From: Diplonema japonicum
Lineage: Eukaryota > Protista > Euglenozoa: Diplonemea
Length of the DNA stretch: 64,000 nucleotides
Direction of reading: 5' to 3'
Assembly (NCBI GenBank): GCA_964019335.1
Contig: OZ025753.1
Location: 225,205-289,204 of the forward strand
Under the pieces are notes generated by a model. That model worked only from the letters and a program-made list of their open reading frames with translations. It did not search any database and had not been told where the DNA came from. Both the position numbers and the translations under genes were made by a program. This document shows positions 10,495 through 21,697 of this stretch, piece after piece (position 1 is the stretch's first letter; every line of letters starts with the position of its first letter).

Positions 10495-11329
10495 GCATTT
10501 TGTCGCTGCGAAGGGCGGCGAGGACGTGGAGGCACTGCTGAAGAGGTTAGCGGACGATGAGCTGTCTCCCTGGCTGGGGACGTACGCGATCGTGGCGGCG
10601 GCGGTGAGGAAGGACGGAGCTACCTTGGGCGAGGTGGTTAGAAGAAGCAAGTCGTGGATCCTGACGGCAAGGGCTGTGCAGGCTTTGGCAAAGTTCGACC
10701 AGACACAGGTCGGGGAGATCTTCCTCCACAAGGACACCTCGCTGCAGCTGAAGTCCGTGATCGTGCCGACCTTGGTGCAGATCAACGCCTCTATCCTTCA
10801 AACAATACAAGAGAACTCTGTGCTGGGGGGCTCTTGGCTTGCGTTGCTGCTCCTCTGTCGAACCACCATTACTCCTGCACACAAGGAGCTCGTCCGCGCG
10901 TGGCTCCCGAAGCTGGCAAGGTTCACGAAGCTGGAGCCCAAGCCAGGAACGTCGGCCTACGCACCCCTTGGGAAGAGTCACGTCTATGGAAAGATCGATT
11001 TGGAGAACATCTACCAGTCCCTGGCGAAGAAGTACCCCGAGGTGCTGCTGGAGATGCTTGGTGCGGACTTCGAGGACTCTGTGACCGCCCCGGTCATGAA
11101 GTGCTTGCTGGAGGAGACGCCGTTCGAGAACTTCGAGACGACAGTGGAGTCTGTCCAGCACTTGGAAGAGCTGTTCAGCCTCTGCTTGGATTGGGGGGCT
11201 GGTGACTGGATGAGCTCCTGGTCGTTCTGGGCTGCTTCTGCCTTTGTTCACCACCGGGTTCTCTCACCTACGAGCAAAGAGAGAACAGTGTTCTGAGGTT
11301 CAGCAAGGATGTCTTGGGGAGGATGGATG
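10495..11329 (+). pseudogene. Partial, internally deleted duplicate of the 13680-18944 gene
   Basis: Near-identical to ~13745-14312 joined in frame to ~15222-15480. Lacks the parental ATG and has a frameshift near 11280. Confidence 0.88.
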
Positions 11330-11926
11330 CGGTCGACCTAATTGCAACAGAAAGGATCCACATGGATGGTGAAGACCTAGCGAGCTGGGCAAGAAAAATC
11401 GGCGGAATCCTAAGAGTTTTGGACAGGATTCACCAAAAAGGCACGGGGAGTCACCTGATTCCAGCAGAACCTAAAAAATCAGTACACTCTTTGCGTACCC
11501 TAGGGCTCCACAGCCAACCCATCACTGGGTACTCCACTCGACCGGTCTTCGCATCCCCGAAGGTCACCCACCCTATCCTAGAGGAACAGTTACGAACTCA
11601 TTGCATCCTCAACAACTCGCTAGTTGGTTTCACGCCCAAGCTGCTGATGAGATACTACGACGGGCCTAAGGCACTACCACGACAGAAGGGATCAAACACT
11701 AGATGAGTTGATTGTCGTTAGGCGATCCTGTCACATACTGCAGGCTCCCTCAAAGACATCTTTTATTTGAAAGTTCATCACGAAAAAGGGAGTGGAGAGC
11801 CCACCCTAGCGTGGCGCCAGTTAGCATCCCCTTCAACGGAGAGGTCCTTTCCCCTTTCAGAGCTAAACTTTCTTTTCTTTCACATACTGCATGGCACCAC
11901 TAAGATGTACTCATACAGGTGCTGGC

Positions 11927-12205
11927 ATGTCAGTAGATTTACACATGGTGCTCCCTGACAGGACAGTGGTCCCCTTAGAAGCCCACTGCAAGGATAGCAT
12001 CAGGTTACTGAAGGCACGTGTGGCAGAGCAGGCAGGGATGAACCCTGGATCCATTTCACTTACTTTCAACGATGAAGTGCTAGAAGGCAGCTTGAAGGTG
12101 GGAGATTGCCCGTTTGCTGACCAGAGTAGGGTGCACGTGGTGCTTGCAGGGAAGCAGGTGGCTGCGATTAAGATACAGGACTACTGGAGGAGAGTGCGCC
12201 GTTAG
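11927..12205 (+). CDS. Ubiquitin-like domain protein with an IQ-like tail (possibly a first exon or truncated)
   Basis: MSVDLHMVLPDRTVVPLEAHCKDSIRLLKARVAEQAGMNPGSISLTFNDEVL...PFADQSRVHVV is paralogous to the UBL at 33237. AAIKIQDYWRR resembles an IQ motif. Confidence 0.6.
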   Translation: MSVDLHMVLPDRTVVPLEAHCKDSIRLLKARVAEQAGMNPGSISLTFNDEVLEGSLKVGDCPFADQSRVHVVLAGKQVAAIKIQDYWRRVRR

Positions 12206-12494
12206 ATTACATGTCCCTTTAGCCCTAGCCCAAAGCAAACAGAATGCTGTTTTTCTTTTTTTTTTTTCTGGCATTCCTCCCTCTTTTTCTGCTTCTTTTT
12301 TGTTATTCTTTTTTAAGTTTTTTATAGCTCGTTCGGATTAAAATGTCAACTGTGACAACACTTTTTTTGGGAAAGAAGTTTCGAGAAAGCTTTTGTTTTT
12401 TGCATGGACTGATGAAGAAGATCTGGCACACATGGGAGCTAGGGAGGGTACTGAAGAAGGTGAAAGGAGGGAGCCTTCCCAGCGGAACCGTGCT

Positions 12495-12660
12495 ACGATC
12501 CATCGGGAGGACAAAGGCGGTGATCGGATGGAACAAGAGGGCGATATTTGCATCACCGAAGACCAAGCATGACCTAGAGGCGCTGAAAGGACAATGGGCA
12601 AGAAAGAAAGGAAAAAGCGAGAACAAGGAGGCGCAAAGACTTCCTTTAACTCATATATAT
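12495..12660. repeat. Dispersed repeat family C (probable retroelement 3' fragment)
   Basis: Matches 59450-59690. The tail CAAAGACTTCxTxTAACTCATAT also occurs at ~29380-29415. Confidence 0.65.
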
Positions 12661-13679
12661 ATTTGTTTTGATTATTTGGGCAAAAAAGAAAAGAGCAGCA
12701 TGCAACTATAGGAAGACGACATATATGTTGTACCTGTTGCCGTTCTTTCAATTGCGATGCCGTGAGAGTAGCAGGCTTTGCAACCGATTGGTCCCGGTAA
12801 GCGAAAAACAGAGGTCAGAAAAATGGCAGAAATGTAAAACCGCAATTTTTAAAGCTTAAAATACAGCAGCTGGCGCAAGTGGAGATAGAACCACTACACT
12901 CTACTAGACGGGATGGTGTGAGGCACACAGCACACCAAAATCGGCATCTGTGGGGACAAACACGTCACGAAACCTCTGCGAGGTGGTACCGGTGAGACGT
13001 GTTGTGTTACATCAGCAAAAAAAAACCTGGCGTGTGAAGCGACCGTGGGTGTCTCACCCAGGAAGTGCGCGTGAACGTGCCTGAACATGCGGCGGGCCTT
13101 TTTCTGTATCATGGACAGGTCACCCTGAAGAACTACTGTTTGTTCTTGTGGGGTCATTTCTCTTTTCTTTAATTTGACATTTCTTCTTCTTCGAAAAGTC
13201 TTTTTAGTTTTTTCGTTGTAACAGTTCGTCTGGAAAGAAATGTTGACAAAATGGACCCTCTTTTGCAGAGGAAAACCCTCGGAAAGATTCTTTAGCTAAA
13301 AAAGTAGTCCACTTCGTATGCAGAAGGGCCGTCTAAAGGCCATATCTCTTACTCTAAGTACTTTTAACAGCAAACTGACCCCGAGTTGTACTCGGGGTAA
13401 CAAGTGCTGCAAAACACCACTTTTATGCACCCTGGTCTTCCTATGCAAGCGGGCACTGCACACCGTTGCCATGGGTGGCTGGCCTCGTCGTGGAAGGACT
13501 CGTTGTGCGTCGTGTACCAGCTCGTTGCTCCCGTTCTTGAACTAGAGTGATCCACACTTGACCAGGTTTTATACATGTTATTTTTCGTATCATGTCACCC
13601 TCCCCCTTTTCCATCACGCACCACCAGGTTCTCCCCCTTTTCGTTGTGAATTACACAAGAAAGGAAATAAGAAGAAACG

Positions 13680-16600
13680 ATGCCTTCCATCACGGAGGTG
13701 TTGGAGAAGCAAGATAATCACAACGCAAGGATGCGTCAGACGGCATTGCTCGCTTCGAAGGGCGGCGAGGACGTGGAGGCACTGCTGAAGAGGTTAGCGG
13801 ACGATGAGCTGTCTCCCTGGCTGGGGACGTACGCGATCGTGGCGGCGGCGGTGAGGAAGGACGGAGCTACCTTGGGCGAGGTGGTTAGAAGAAGCAAGTC
13901 GTGGATCCTGACGGCAAGGGCTGTGCAGGCTTTGGCAAAGTTCGACCAGACACAGGTCGGGGAGATCTTCCTCCACAAGGACACCTCGCTGCAGCTGAAG
14001 TCCGTGATCGTGCCGACCTTGGTGCAGATCAACGCCTCTATCCTTCAAACAATACAAGAGAACTCTGTGCTGGGGGGCTCTTGGCTTGCGTTGCTGCTCC
14101 TCTGTCGAACCACCATTACTCCTGCACACAAGGAGCTCGTCCGCGCGTGGCTCCCGAAGCTGGCAAGGTTCACGAAGCTGGAGCCCAAGCCAGGAACGTC
14201 GGCCTACGCACCCCTTGGGAAGAGTCACGTCTATGGAAAGATCGATTTGGAGAACATCTACCAGTCCCTGGCGAAGAAGTACCCCGAGGTGCTACTGGAG
14301 ATGCTTGGTGCGGAGACAGACTTCGACTTCAGGTGGTACAGGTCGTCGAGGGAGCTGGCCGCCTCGCACCCCGACGAGATGATGAAGATCTTCGAGAAGC
14401 ACAGCGGCAGCTCCAGGGGAGTGTGGTTTCTCTCGAGGCCCCTTGTTCGGCACCGCCCAGAAGAGGTACTGTTGATCTTCAAGCGGATCGGTGCTCTTTC
14501 AGCTGCGTTTGCCTGGTGTTTCAAGAAGTTGATGTACTCCCCGAGGCACCGGGAGGTGGGGCTGGACGTGATTGCTCATTGTATACCGGGGACCACGAAC
14601 GACAAGGACATCAGGGCAGTCGTGCGTTTGATGGTGAAGCTGCTGAAGGAGGGGCACACGTCGAGAAGGATCCACGACACCCTTTGTGACCTCGTTGCCG
14701 CGTACACAGTGAAGGACAGCGTCTTCGAGCTGAACGACCTGATGGAGCAGGGGAGGGGGGTGGACAAGTGGAGCTTCGACCCTTCGCAGGAGAGGGTGGA
14801 TGCCCTCGTGGCTCGGCAGCTTCGCGTCGGCAGGGTGAACATCAAGCGGTGTCAGGACGGGAAGCTCAAGGCGGCACTGGATCACTGCGCTGTGCAGGAG
14901 GAGCATGCAGAAGTGGTGGGCGAGATTGTGAGGAACCATGCGGGATGCCGGAACATGCTTCCACGGAAGGTGGTGCAGCAGGTGCTCGGCGAGTGGGTCG
15001 TCTCCGCCGACTTCTCTTCCCTCGACGTGGTGACCAAGGCGTCCACATACTCAGACATGGACATCGGTACCTCCGAGGAACCGCTGAAGGCGCTGCTTGG
15101 CACGCACGATGCTGCTGAGAGGACCGCAGTGCTGGTGGCTCTGGTGACCGCTTCCGCAAGGTCTCGGAAGAGTACAAGCCGTCTCATGGACTGGATCAAG
15201 ACGCGCATCAAGAACGAAGAGGCCTCTGTGACCGCCCCGGTCATGAAGTGCTTGCTGGAGGAGACGCCGTTCGAGAACTTCGAGACGACAGTGGAGTCTG
15301 TCCAGCACTTGGAAGAGCTGTTCAGCCTCTGCTTGGACTGGGGGGCTAGTGACTGGATGAGCTCCTGGTCGTTCTGGGCTGCTTCTGCCTTTGTTCACCA
15401 CCAGGTTCTCTCACCTTCGAGCAAGGAAAGGGAAAACAGTGTTCTGAGGTTCAGCAAGGATGTCTTGGGGAGGATGGATGATGCACGGGTGCAGACTGCG
15501 AAGGATGTCCTGGAGGCCTACAACAAAGCAGCCGTGAAGGTCAAGGAGAGGTTGGACAAGAAGAGCTATGAAGCCGTTGGGACACAGATGGTGAAGTACG
15601 CTGAGATGGCATACAAAAGGCGCATCAGAGTCAGCGACGATGAGGCCGCGAAGTACTACAACCTCAAGCGTCCAGAGATAGTTGCCTTCACTAACCTGAA
15701 CAGCTTCGTGGAGCTTATCAAGGTAGCTGGGGTAGAGTTTGTGACTGGTGCTCCGCGGCTAGCGTGTCACGCAGAAACACTAATCGAAGGCATCACAATG
15801 ACCTACCCTGTCAGTGCGAAGTGCCTGAACGAACAGACCGATGTGTTATCGAGCACTACATTATGGAGGGGTGTCTGCGTGAAGGCCCTTTCCGGGCTCA
15901 AGAAGAACAAGGAGGACGGCTTGAAGGTCTGTGGACTGGTTTCCACGTATCTCAAAAGGCTTCCCATCACGGAGAAGTCTTACAAGGAGAAGCTCGGGAA
16001 GGGTGCAAGCGACGTTGATGCTGTGAAGAGGTACCTTCAGTTCTACAAGCCACTGCTTCTCGAAGCGTGTAAAGTGTACTCAGCAAAGTGGAAGCAAGAT
16101 GAAACTTCTAAAACATGGTGGTCCACAACCTCCTCGATCTTCAAGGAGTACCTTGTGGACAACCTGAGGTACATACCCGAGGTGGAAGCGGGTGTCATAG
16201 GCATCATCAATATGAGCGTTGGCATTAGCAGCCTTTTTAGGTATAAGAACTACACAGCTGAACTAGTTCGCGAAATAAAACATCCTGACGAGCATACAAA
16301 AGATGTTTTCAAGTTCGCGGTTGAGCACGTGGATCCAAACATATGCAAAGATGTGGTAATCAGCCTGGCTGAGTACTGCGATCCGAAGCACGTTGCATTT
16401 GTTGCCCGCCCCTCACGTACCTTTGATGCCACCTCGCAGTCCCACCACAGGCGGCCCAGGTTTAGGTTCCAACGAGGGTCCGCAGCTGCCCGCCGCAAGG
16501 CTTCCATAGCAAAGAAGAAGAAGGACTGCGCCCAACGGGCCAAGGATTCCGAGGGTTGGGGAGCACCTGTTGCAAAGCTCATGCAAAAGCTTAGTCATAA

Positions 16601-18944
16601 CGATGCTTATTATGCTGCTGAAATGTTAGAAGATCTATTGAGCTCGCCTATCATGTCGAAGGAGAAGCGCAACACCATCAAAGCTGTCTACACCGCTCTG
16701 GACAACTGCACTGATGATATGCGCTATTTCAACTTCAACTGCTTGAGGAATGATCCGAACCTTGAGGCTTTCATGGCGAAGCATGTCACAAGTTCCAACG
16801 TCAAAGCTGCTGTGGACGAGTACCTAGGTCCTTTCCATAAAAGGAAGCGGAGGATGCAACATCTGATCAAGAAAGGGTTGGGGTCTTGCGATCCGAGAAC
16901 TGTTTTCGCGGAGAGCACGTTGTTTCAAAAGTACGTGTTCAAGTACTACCCGGAGCAGGTGAAGACGCTGCTGGATGGCAGGAAGGAGATAGGCCTCCCC
17001 GGCATCGTCGACAACCTCCTGGGTGCGGCCCCTAGATTCGGTGGGCAGACCACAGATGTGATGCGGTATGTGCACACACTTCCCCCATGGGTGCAGCAGT
17101 ACCTCTGGGACGAGTGGATCATTCCCTGCGCCTTTGACGTTGAGTCTGGAAAGCTCTTCCTTGAGCGCTCCTCATACGAAGGGCAGGGAAATGAGGAGGA
17201 CAGCAGCCACCAAACAAAAGCAAGGAGGATGTGGCTCGGTGCTGCGATGTCCTCGGCACCGAAGATCCCTCCTGTGACCTCGGCAGACCACCCGTTCAAC
17301 AAGTTTTTTGTGCGGACCATAATAGACAAGGAGGCTGTGGAGGATCTGACCAAAGAAGAGGAAGGCAACGTCAAGAAGTCGAGCAAGCTGGCGGAGGGGA
17401 TCCTGAGGACCTCTCGTTCGGCACAGCTCTGCTTGGAGCTTCTGCTTGCGCTGAGGACACACGACTACCCTTTGGCGGCCCTGGAGGTGCTGACGGCGCA
17501 CCTGGACCAGGGTGTGGCGGTGAAGACGGCGATCCCGTCGACGGCAGCGGCTCTGAGGTGCATCAGTCCGAATGATGCCTGCGAGGTGCTGCAGAAGGTC
17601 CTTGGGAGGGAGGAGACGAGGGCGGCGGCGAGGTCACAGCTTGGGAGGTGCTGCATCAAGCTGCTGCATCCCGAGCAGGCACTTGGCTTCGTGGAGCGTG
17701 AATGGAAACAAGAGGGCAGCTGGGTGATGGTTTCTGACGAAGAAGAGAAAGAGGAGGAGGAGGAAGAGGACAAAGAGGAGGGAACTCGCCGGTCTGGAGG
17801 AGGACGAGGAGGAAGGGGAGGGAAGGCGAAGGTCTTTGCGTCGACAAAAGTGGCACTCATTTGCTCGTTGGTGACGTCGCCCTCTCTGAGGGAGCTCCCG
17901 TCTCTGTGGGGGCGCATCATGTCGATCTCAGAGACGAGGACGGAGGAGAACATCTACATCGCAGGTCAGATGCTTGAGGCGTTGGCGGGGACGAACGGTG
18001 TGCGCACCCTGAACATCGACTATTGGCCCTTGTGTGCAGCGGACGGGCTCGCCGGGCTGGTGGCATCCTTCAGCGACGTGAAGATCTTGGAGGACAATGT
18101 GTTGGCTGTGCTGCGGAAGTGGTTCAAGATGCTGAAGTGCAACCCGTCTGCGGAGGTCTCCTTCAGCGACTCGGAGGGGGTGACCAGAGCCTTGCTGGAC
18201 AGCACCGACTCGCCTTTGGTGTGCGAGATGATCAGGGCGCTGACGGCGGCGCGCCCCGGTTTGTTTGCTGGGGTCTGCAAGCACAAGACGGAGCAGATGG
18301 CGGCGGCGGCTGCCAGCAGGGATCTGGGGAAGCTGAGGGATGTGAGAGTGTCGCTGACCGGGGTGATGGAGAACGGCGAGACCGCGATCGAAAAGGCGGA
18401 GTATGGGAAGGCTATCGATGTGCTGGTGAGAACTCCCGGTGGGGTTTCAGCGGCAATCCAGCTTGTGGCCAATCACTGGGCGGCGCACAAGGAAGACCGC
18501 AGTGAAGGGGCAGCGCTTCGGAAGATGGCGGAGATCCTCGATGAGGTGGGGCAGCAGGGCTACAACGTGTTCGTCACCGGGAACGTTCTGTCGAAGATGA
18601 AGAAGGACAGGTTGGCTGAGATCTGCAGGGAGATGCTGGAGGAGACGGATGATGCTGAGGGCGGGGCAGGGCTCCCTGACAGCTACAAGTACGTCTTGCT
18701 GAAGTACGTCAAGTACTGCAGGCCCTATTCTGCAGATTCGAGCGTAACGGAGCTTGTCCGAAGGCTCCTCGTGGACCCCTCAGGGGTGGTGGCGGCGGCG
18801 GCGGCAGACACCCTTGATTCCATGCCTGCAACTGTGTACCGCCCGCAACTGGTGTTACTGGACAAGCTCAAAAGAAGTCCCAGAACATACAGAAGATATG
18901 AGTATGATTATCATGGGTATAGTTATGATTATATGAGCCCCTAG
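13680..18944 (+). CDS. Large uncharacterised alpha-helical (HEAT/ARM-like solenoid) protein, 1754 aa
   Basis: Long uninterrupted ORF with strong codon bias, Leu/Ala/Glu/Lys-rich amphipathic helices, and an acidic + RGG patch near 17730-17830. Confidence 0.85.
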   Translation: MPSITEVLEKQDNHNARMRQTALLASKGGEDVEALLKRLADDELSPWLGTYAIVAAAVRKDGATLGEVVRRSKSWILTARAVQALAKFDQTQVGEIFLHKDTSLQLKSVIVPTLVQINASILQTIQENSVLGGSWLALLLLCRTTITPAHKELVRAWLPKLARFTKLEPKPGTSAYAPLGKSHVYGKIDLENIYQSLAKKYPEVLLEMLGAETDFDFRWYRSSRELAASHPDEMMKIFEKHSGSSRGVWFLSRPLVRHRPEEVLLIFKRIGALSAAFAWCFKKLMYSPRHREVGLDVIAHCIPGTTNDKDIRAVVRLMVKLLKEGHTSRRIHDTLCDLVAAYTVKDSVFELNDLMEQGRGVDKWSFDPSQERVDALVARQLRVGRVNIKRCQDGKLKAALDHCAVQEEHAEVVGEIVRNHAGCRNMLPRKVVQQVLGEWVVSADFSSLDVVTKASTYSDMDIGTSEEPLKALLGTHDAAERTAVLVALVTASARSRKSTSRLMDWIKTRIKNEEASVTAPVMKCLLEETPFENFETTVESVQHLEELFSLCLDWGASDWMSSWSFWAASAFVHHQVLSPSSKERENSVLRFSKDVLGRMDDARVQTAKDVLEAYNKAAVKVKERLDKKSYEAVGTQMVKYAEMAYKRRIRVSDDEAAKYYNLKRPEIVAFTNLNSFVELIKVAGVEFVTGAPRLACHAETLIEGITMTYPVSAKCLNEQTDVLSSTTLWRGVCVKALSGLKKNKEDGLKVCGLVSTYLKRLPITEKSYKEKLGKGASDVDAVKRYLQFYKPLLLEACKVYSAKWKQDETSKTWWSTTSSIFKEYLVDNLRYIPEVEAGVIGIINMSVGISSLFRYKNYTAELVREIKHPDEHTKDVFKFAVEHVDPNICKDVVISLAEYCDPKHVAFVARPSRTFDATSQSHHRRPRFRFQRGSAAARRKASIAKKKKDCAQRAKDSEGWGAPVAKLMQKLSHNDAYYAAEMLEDLLSSPIMSKEKRNTIKAVYTALDNCTDDMRYFNFNCLRNDPNLEAFMAKHVTSSNVKAAVDEYLGPFHKRKRRMQHLIKKGLGSCDPRTVFAESTLFQKYVFKYYPEQVKTLLDGRKEIGLPGIVDNLLGAAPRFGGQTTDVMRYVHTLPPWVQQYLWDEWIIPCAFDVESGKLFLERSSYEGQGNEEDSSHQTKARRMWLGAAMSSAPKIPPVTSADHPFNKFFVRTIIDKEAVEDLTKEEEGNVKKSSKLAEGILRTSRSAQLCLELLLALRTHDYPLAALEVLTAHLDQGVAVKTAIPSTAAALRCISPNDACEVLQKVLGREETRAAARSQLGRCCIKLLHPEQALGFVEREWKQEGSWVMVSDEEEKEEEEEEDKEEGTRRSGGGRGGRGGKAKVFASTKVALICSLVTSPSLRELPSLWGRIMSISETRTEENIYIAGQMLEALAGTNGVRTLNIDYWPLCAADGLAGLVASFSDVKILEDNVLAVLRKWFKMLKCNPSAEVSFSDSEGVTRALLDSTDSPLVCEMIRALTAARPGLFAGVCKHKTEQMAAAAASRDLGKLRDVRVSLTGVMENGETAIEKAEYGKAIDVLVRTPGGVSAAIQLVANHWAAHKEDRSEGAALRKMAEILDEVGQQGYNVFVTGNVLSKMKKDRLAEICREMLEETDDAEGGAGLPDSYKYVLLKYVKYCRPYSADSSVTELVRRLLVDPSGVVAAAAADTLDSMPATVYRPQLVLLDKLKRSPRTYRRYEYDYHGYSYDYMSP

Positions 18945-19238
18945 GAGTTGAGAAGGTAGTGGAGAATTCAACTTGTACTTATGTTCCCCTCGCACAACAC
19001 CAAATAAGAGAATTAATAACGAATGAAAAAGAATGAATAAAAAAGAAGGAAGTCGGTTTATATCTTTTGCTTTCTGTGCACAATATCGGAGAAGAAGAAA
19101 ACTGAAAACATTCTTGTGAACATTCCTTTCGTCGGCATTTTATTTTGATTGTTTCCCTCCTTTCTTCCTTTGCTGCATATCAAAAAGAAAAAAAAGAAAT
19201 GCCACAATACAGGACACAAGAAAAAGCAAAAAAAAGAA

Positions 19239-21623
19239 ATGCACGAAAAGCTAAGTCACATTGAGGAGGCACCCATATGGTGGCACCTTCACAATGAACA
19301 GCTTGGCGAAGGGGGCTTTGGGGCTGCTAAGAAGGTAGACGTGGGAGGGATAGAGTACATATGGAAGGTCTTCAAAGCAGACCTAGTTGCAGCGAACCCT
19401 GACGCGGCCTTGAACGAGATCAACGCTCTGGAGAACATCAGGGACAACACAAGCACGGTGCACATCGTGAAGTACTATGAGGCGAAGAAAAGAGGCGAGA
19501 ATCTGTGCCTGCGCTTCGAGTTGTGTTCGGGGGGTTCCCTGAGACGCTCCCTCCGCCAGCTTTCGCCGGAGCAAGCTCAGCGGTTTTCGCTTCACCTTTT
19601 CATTGGGGTCGCCGCTCTTCACGGAATAGATCTCATCCACAGGGATTTGAAGCCCGACAACCTCGTTCTCTCTGGTCACGACTTGGACGCAGCTGATCTG
19701 AAGATCATCGACTTCGGGTTTGCCCGTTTGCAGGAAGGAACACGATGCTACACTCTCTGCGGTTCAGAGAGATACCAGGACCCCATGATGAACAGGATGC
19801 CCAGCACCCAGTACCCTCCCAAGGCAGCTGACTTGTACGCAATCGGGATGATGCTCAAGGAGGACCTCTTCAAAATGGAGAACATCGGACCTGTGAGCGA
19901 CAAGCTGCGAAAGGCGGTCGACGTTGCGGTGGGGAATCTGTTGACGGAGGACGTGAAGGAGAGGTGGACGATAGAGGACCTGATGGCCTCTGACTTGACT
20001 AAGATGTGCGAAGAACAAACGGAGCGCATGGAGAGCACCACGACAGAGGTATGCCACCCGGGGACGTTCGTGATGATGGAGAACGCTGCTGCTTTTTCTG
20101 CTGTTTCGGTTTCGTGCCACATCAACGCGCTTGCTGTTGCCGATGGGCACGGGTTGAAGCTGGTGGATCTGAGTGACGGGGTGCCGGTTTTTGCAGTTCG
20201 AGCGTCTTCTGCAGTGCGCTGTGTGGCAGTCTTGTCATCCAAGGAGGTAATCTTCGCCGACAGGGTTGGGGTGTGGTACGCCTGTGCCGATTCGGAGCAG
20301 CGCGCCCGCCCTCTGCAGCTGGTGGAGCGTGTTGAAGGCGTGACGCACATCAGCACAACGGATGGGGGGCGATGGGTCGCGTACACGACCCCCGTGGAGA
20401 CTCGTATCGCAAAGGTGCACAGAGATGGGAAAGGGATCTTCCTGACACACTTCACCTTCGTCAACGGCGTGTCTCCGTGCATCGTGGAGAACTCGGAGAA
20501 AGGCCTCGTAAAGGGGTTCATCGACTCCATCGGTGAGCTCGACGTCAGCACTCACAAGGCCACCGCAAAGCTCGCGCAAGGCAACCAGGCCCTGAAAACC
20601 GCCTTCCAGCGCCAGATCTACGAGGCCCTTGTCAGGCGGAACCTCCGCGAGGTTTCCGTGAAGGGGGACCTGAAGAGGTACAGGCAGTGGCCGCGCGACA
20701 CCGTCGCCAGGGGCATACCTAGCAACGCCACCCTGATTCTGTCCTGCTCCGGGCGGCACGTGGCTATATACGACCCAAAGCAGGAGAAGGTCCGGGTTAT
20801 CAAATACTCAAGGGAGTCGAACAGCCTCGACAGCATCTTAGAAGTACCCCGTGTGAGCAGCATTACTTCGATGTCCTTCTCCTCGGGTGCCAGTGGGCTG
20901 GAGACCTCGTGCGAAGGGTACTTTATGGTGACGTGCAAGAACTGGATGATGAGCTACTACGCGTACGTTTACAGCCTGAAGGAAGGTGCTGGGAAGACCT
21001 ACGTCAAGAGGATCCAGTTGAGTAGTTCGAAGGACGTGGCTTTCTTTGCCCCGCCAGGGGACGGCAGCAACAAGGACGACCAGCCTCCCGTAGTCACGGT
21101 GCTGGAGATGGACAAGAAGGGGATGAACCTGGTGTCCGGCGGGGAGAAGATACCCAATATTCTCCAGGACAAGTTGAACATTGTTCCGGAGCACAGGGAT
21201 TCAGGGCTGTCCGCGGAGAAGTACGGGTGCATGCAATGGGTGAGTGGAGAGCTGGTGTGCAACGGGTCAGCCTCATACCCCGCTGTTCTTGGAAACACTG
21301 GCTATGAACTGCTCGTTGTTCCATGTGACCCTACGAAGCCGCGTATCTGCCTACACCACAAAGACTTTACTTGGAAGTGTTCGGGTCTATCGGCGACGCT
21401 GTACCACGGCCATAATATGAAGATGACGTCCGTCTTCAAGGTGAGTGACACCGATGCGGACCTGGCCTCGCTTCTGGAGTTTGAAGACACTGCAGTGTCG
21501 TCAAAGGACAAGGAGATTGAAGCAGGCCTCTCTGCTGCTCTTCTGAATCCTTCCCTTGCTCACCTCCGGCCAATGTTGGACCTTCTACAGGTAGAGGCGG
21601 GGAGCTACCCTAGCAGAGTGTAA
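19239..21623 (+). CDS. Ser/Thr protein kinase with a C-terminal WD40-like beta-rich region
   Basis: LGEGGFG, IWK, alphaC Glu, HRDLKPDN, DFG, CGSERYQDP, DLYAIG. The tail has propeller-like strands (INALAVADG, VRCVAVLS, VTHISTTDGGRWVAY, ITSMSFS). Confidence 0.9.
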   Translation: MHEKLSHIEEAPIWWHLHNEQLGEGGFGAAKKVDVGGIEYIWKVFKADLVAANPDAALNEINALENIRDNTSTVHIVKYYEAKKRGENLCLRFELCSGGSLRRSLRQLSPEQAQRFSLHLFIGVAALHGIDLIHRDLKPDNLVLSGHDLDAADLKIIDFGFARLQEGTRCYTLCGSERYQDPMMNRMPSTQYPPKAADLYAIGMMLKEDLFKMENIGPVSDKLRKAVDVAVGNLLTEDVKERWTIEDLMASDLTKMCEEQTERMESTTTEVCHPGTFVMMENAAAFSAVSVSCHINALAVADGHGLKLVDLSDGVPVFAVRASSAVRCVAVLSSKEVIFADRVGVWYACADSEQRARPLQLVERVEGVTHISTTDGGRWVAYTTPVETRIAKVHRDGKGIFLTHFTFVNGVSPCIVENSEKGLVKGFIDSIGELDVSTHKATAKLAQGNQALKTAFQRQIYEALVRRNLREVSVKGDLKRYRQWPRDTVARGIPSNATLILSCSGRHVAIYDPKQEKVRVIKYSRESNSLDSILEVPRVSSITSMSFSSGASGLETSCEGYFMVTCKNWMMSYYAYVYSLKEGAGKTYVKRIQLSSSKDVAFFAPPGDGSNKDDQPPVVTVLEMDKKGMNLVSGGEKIPNILQDKLNIVPEHRDSGLSAEKYGCMQWVSGELVCNGSASYPAVLGNTGYELLVVPCDPTKPRICLHHKDFTWKCSGLSATLYHGHNMKMTSVFKVSDTDADLASLLEFEDTAVSSKDKEIEAGLSAALLNPSLAHLRPMLDLLQVEAGSYPSRV

Positions 21624-21665
21624 GGGTGGGGAATGGGTTTACAAACTGTATTTTTTCGGGTTTTG

Positions 21666-21697
<32 letters not shown>

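Noticed and set aside
13736-21511. Many overlapping alternative-frame and antisense ORFs within the long genes
   Set aside because: Expected by-products of GC-rich codon bias; no independent motifs.
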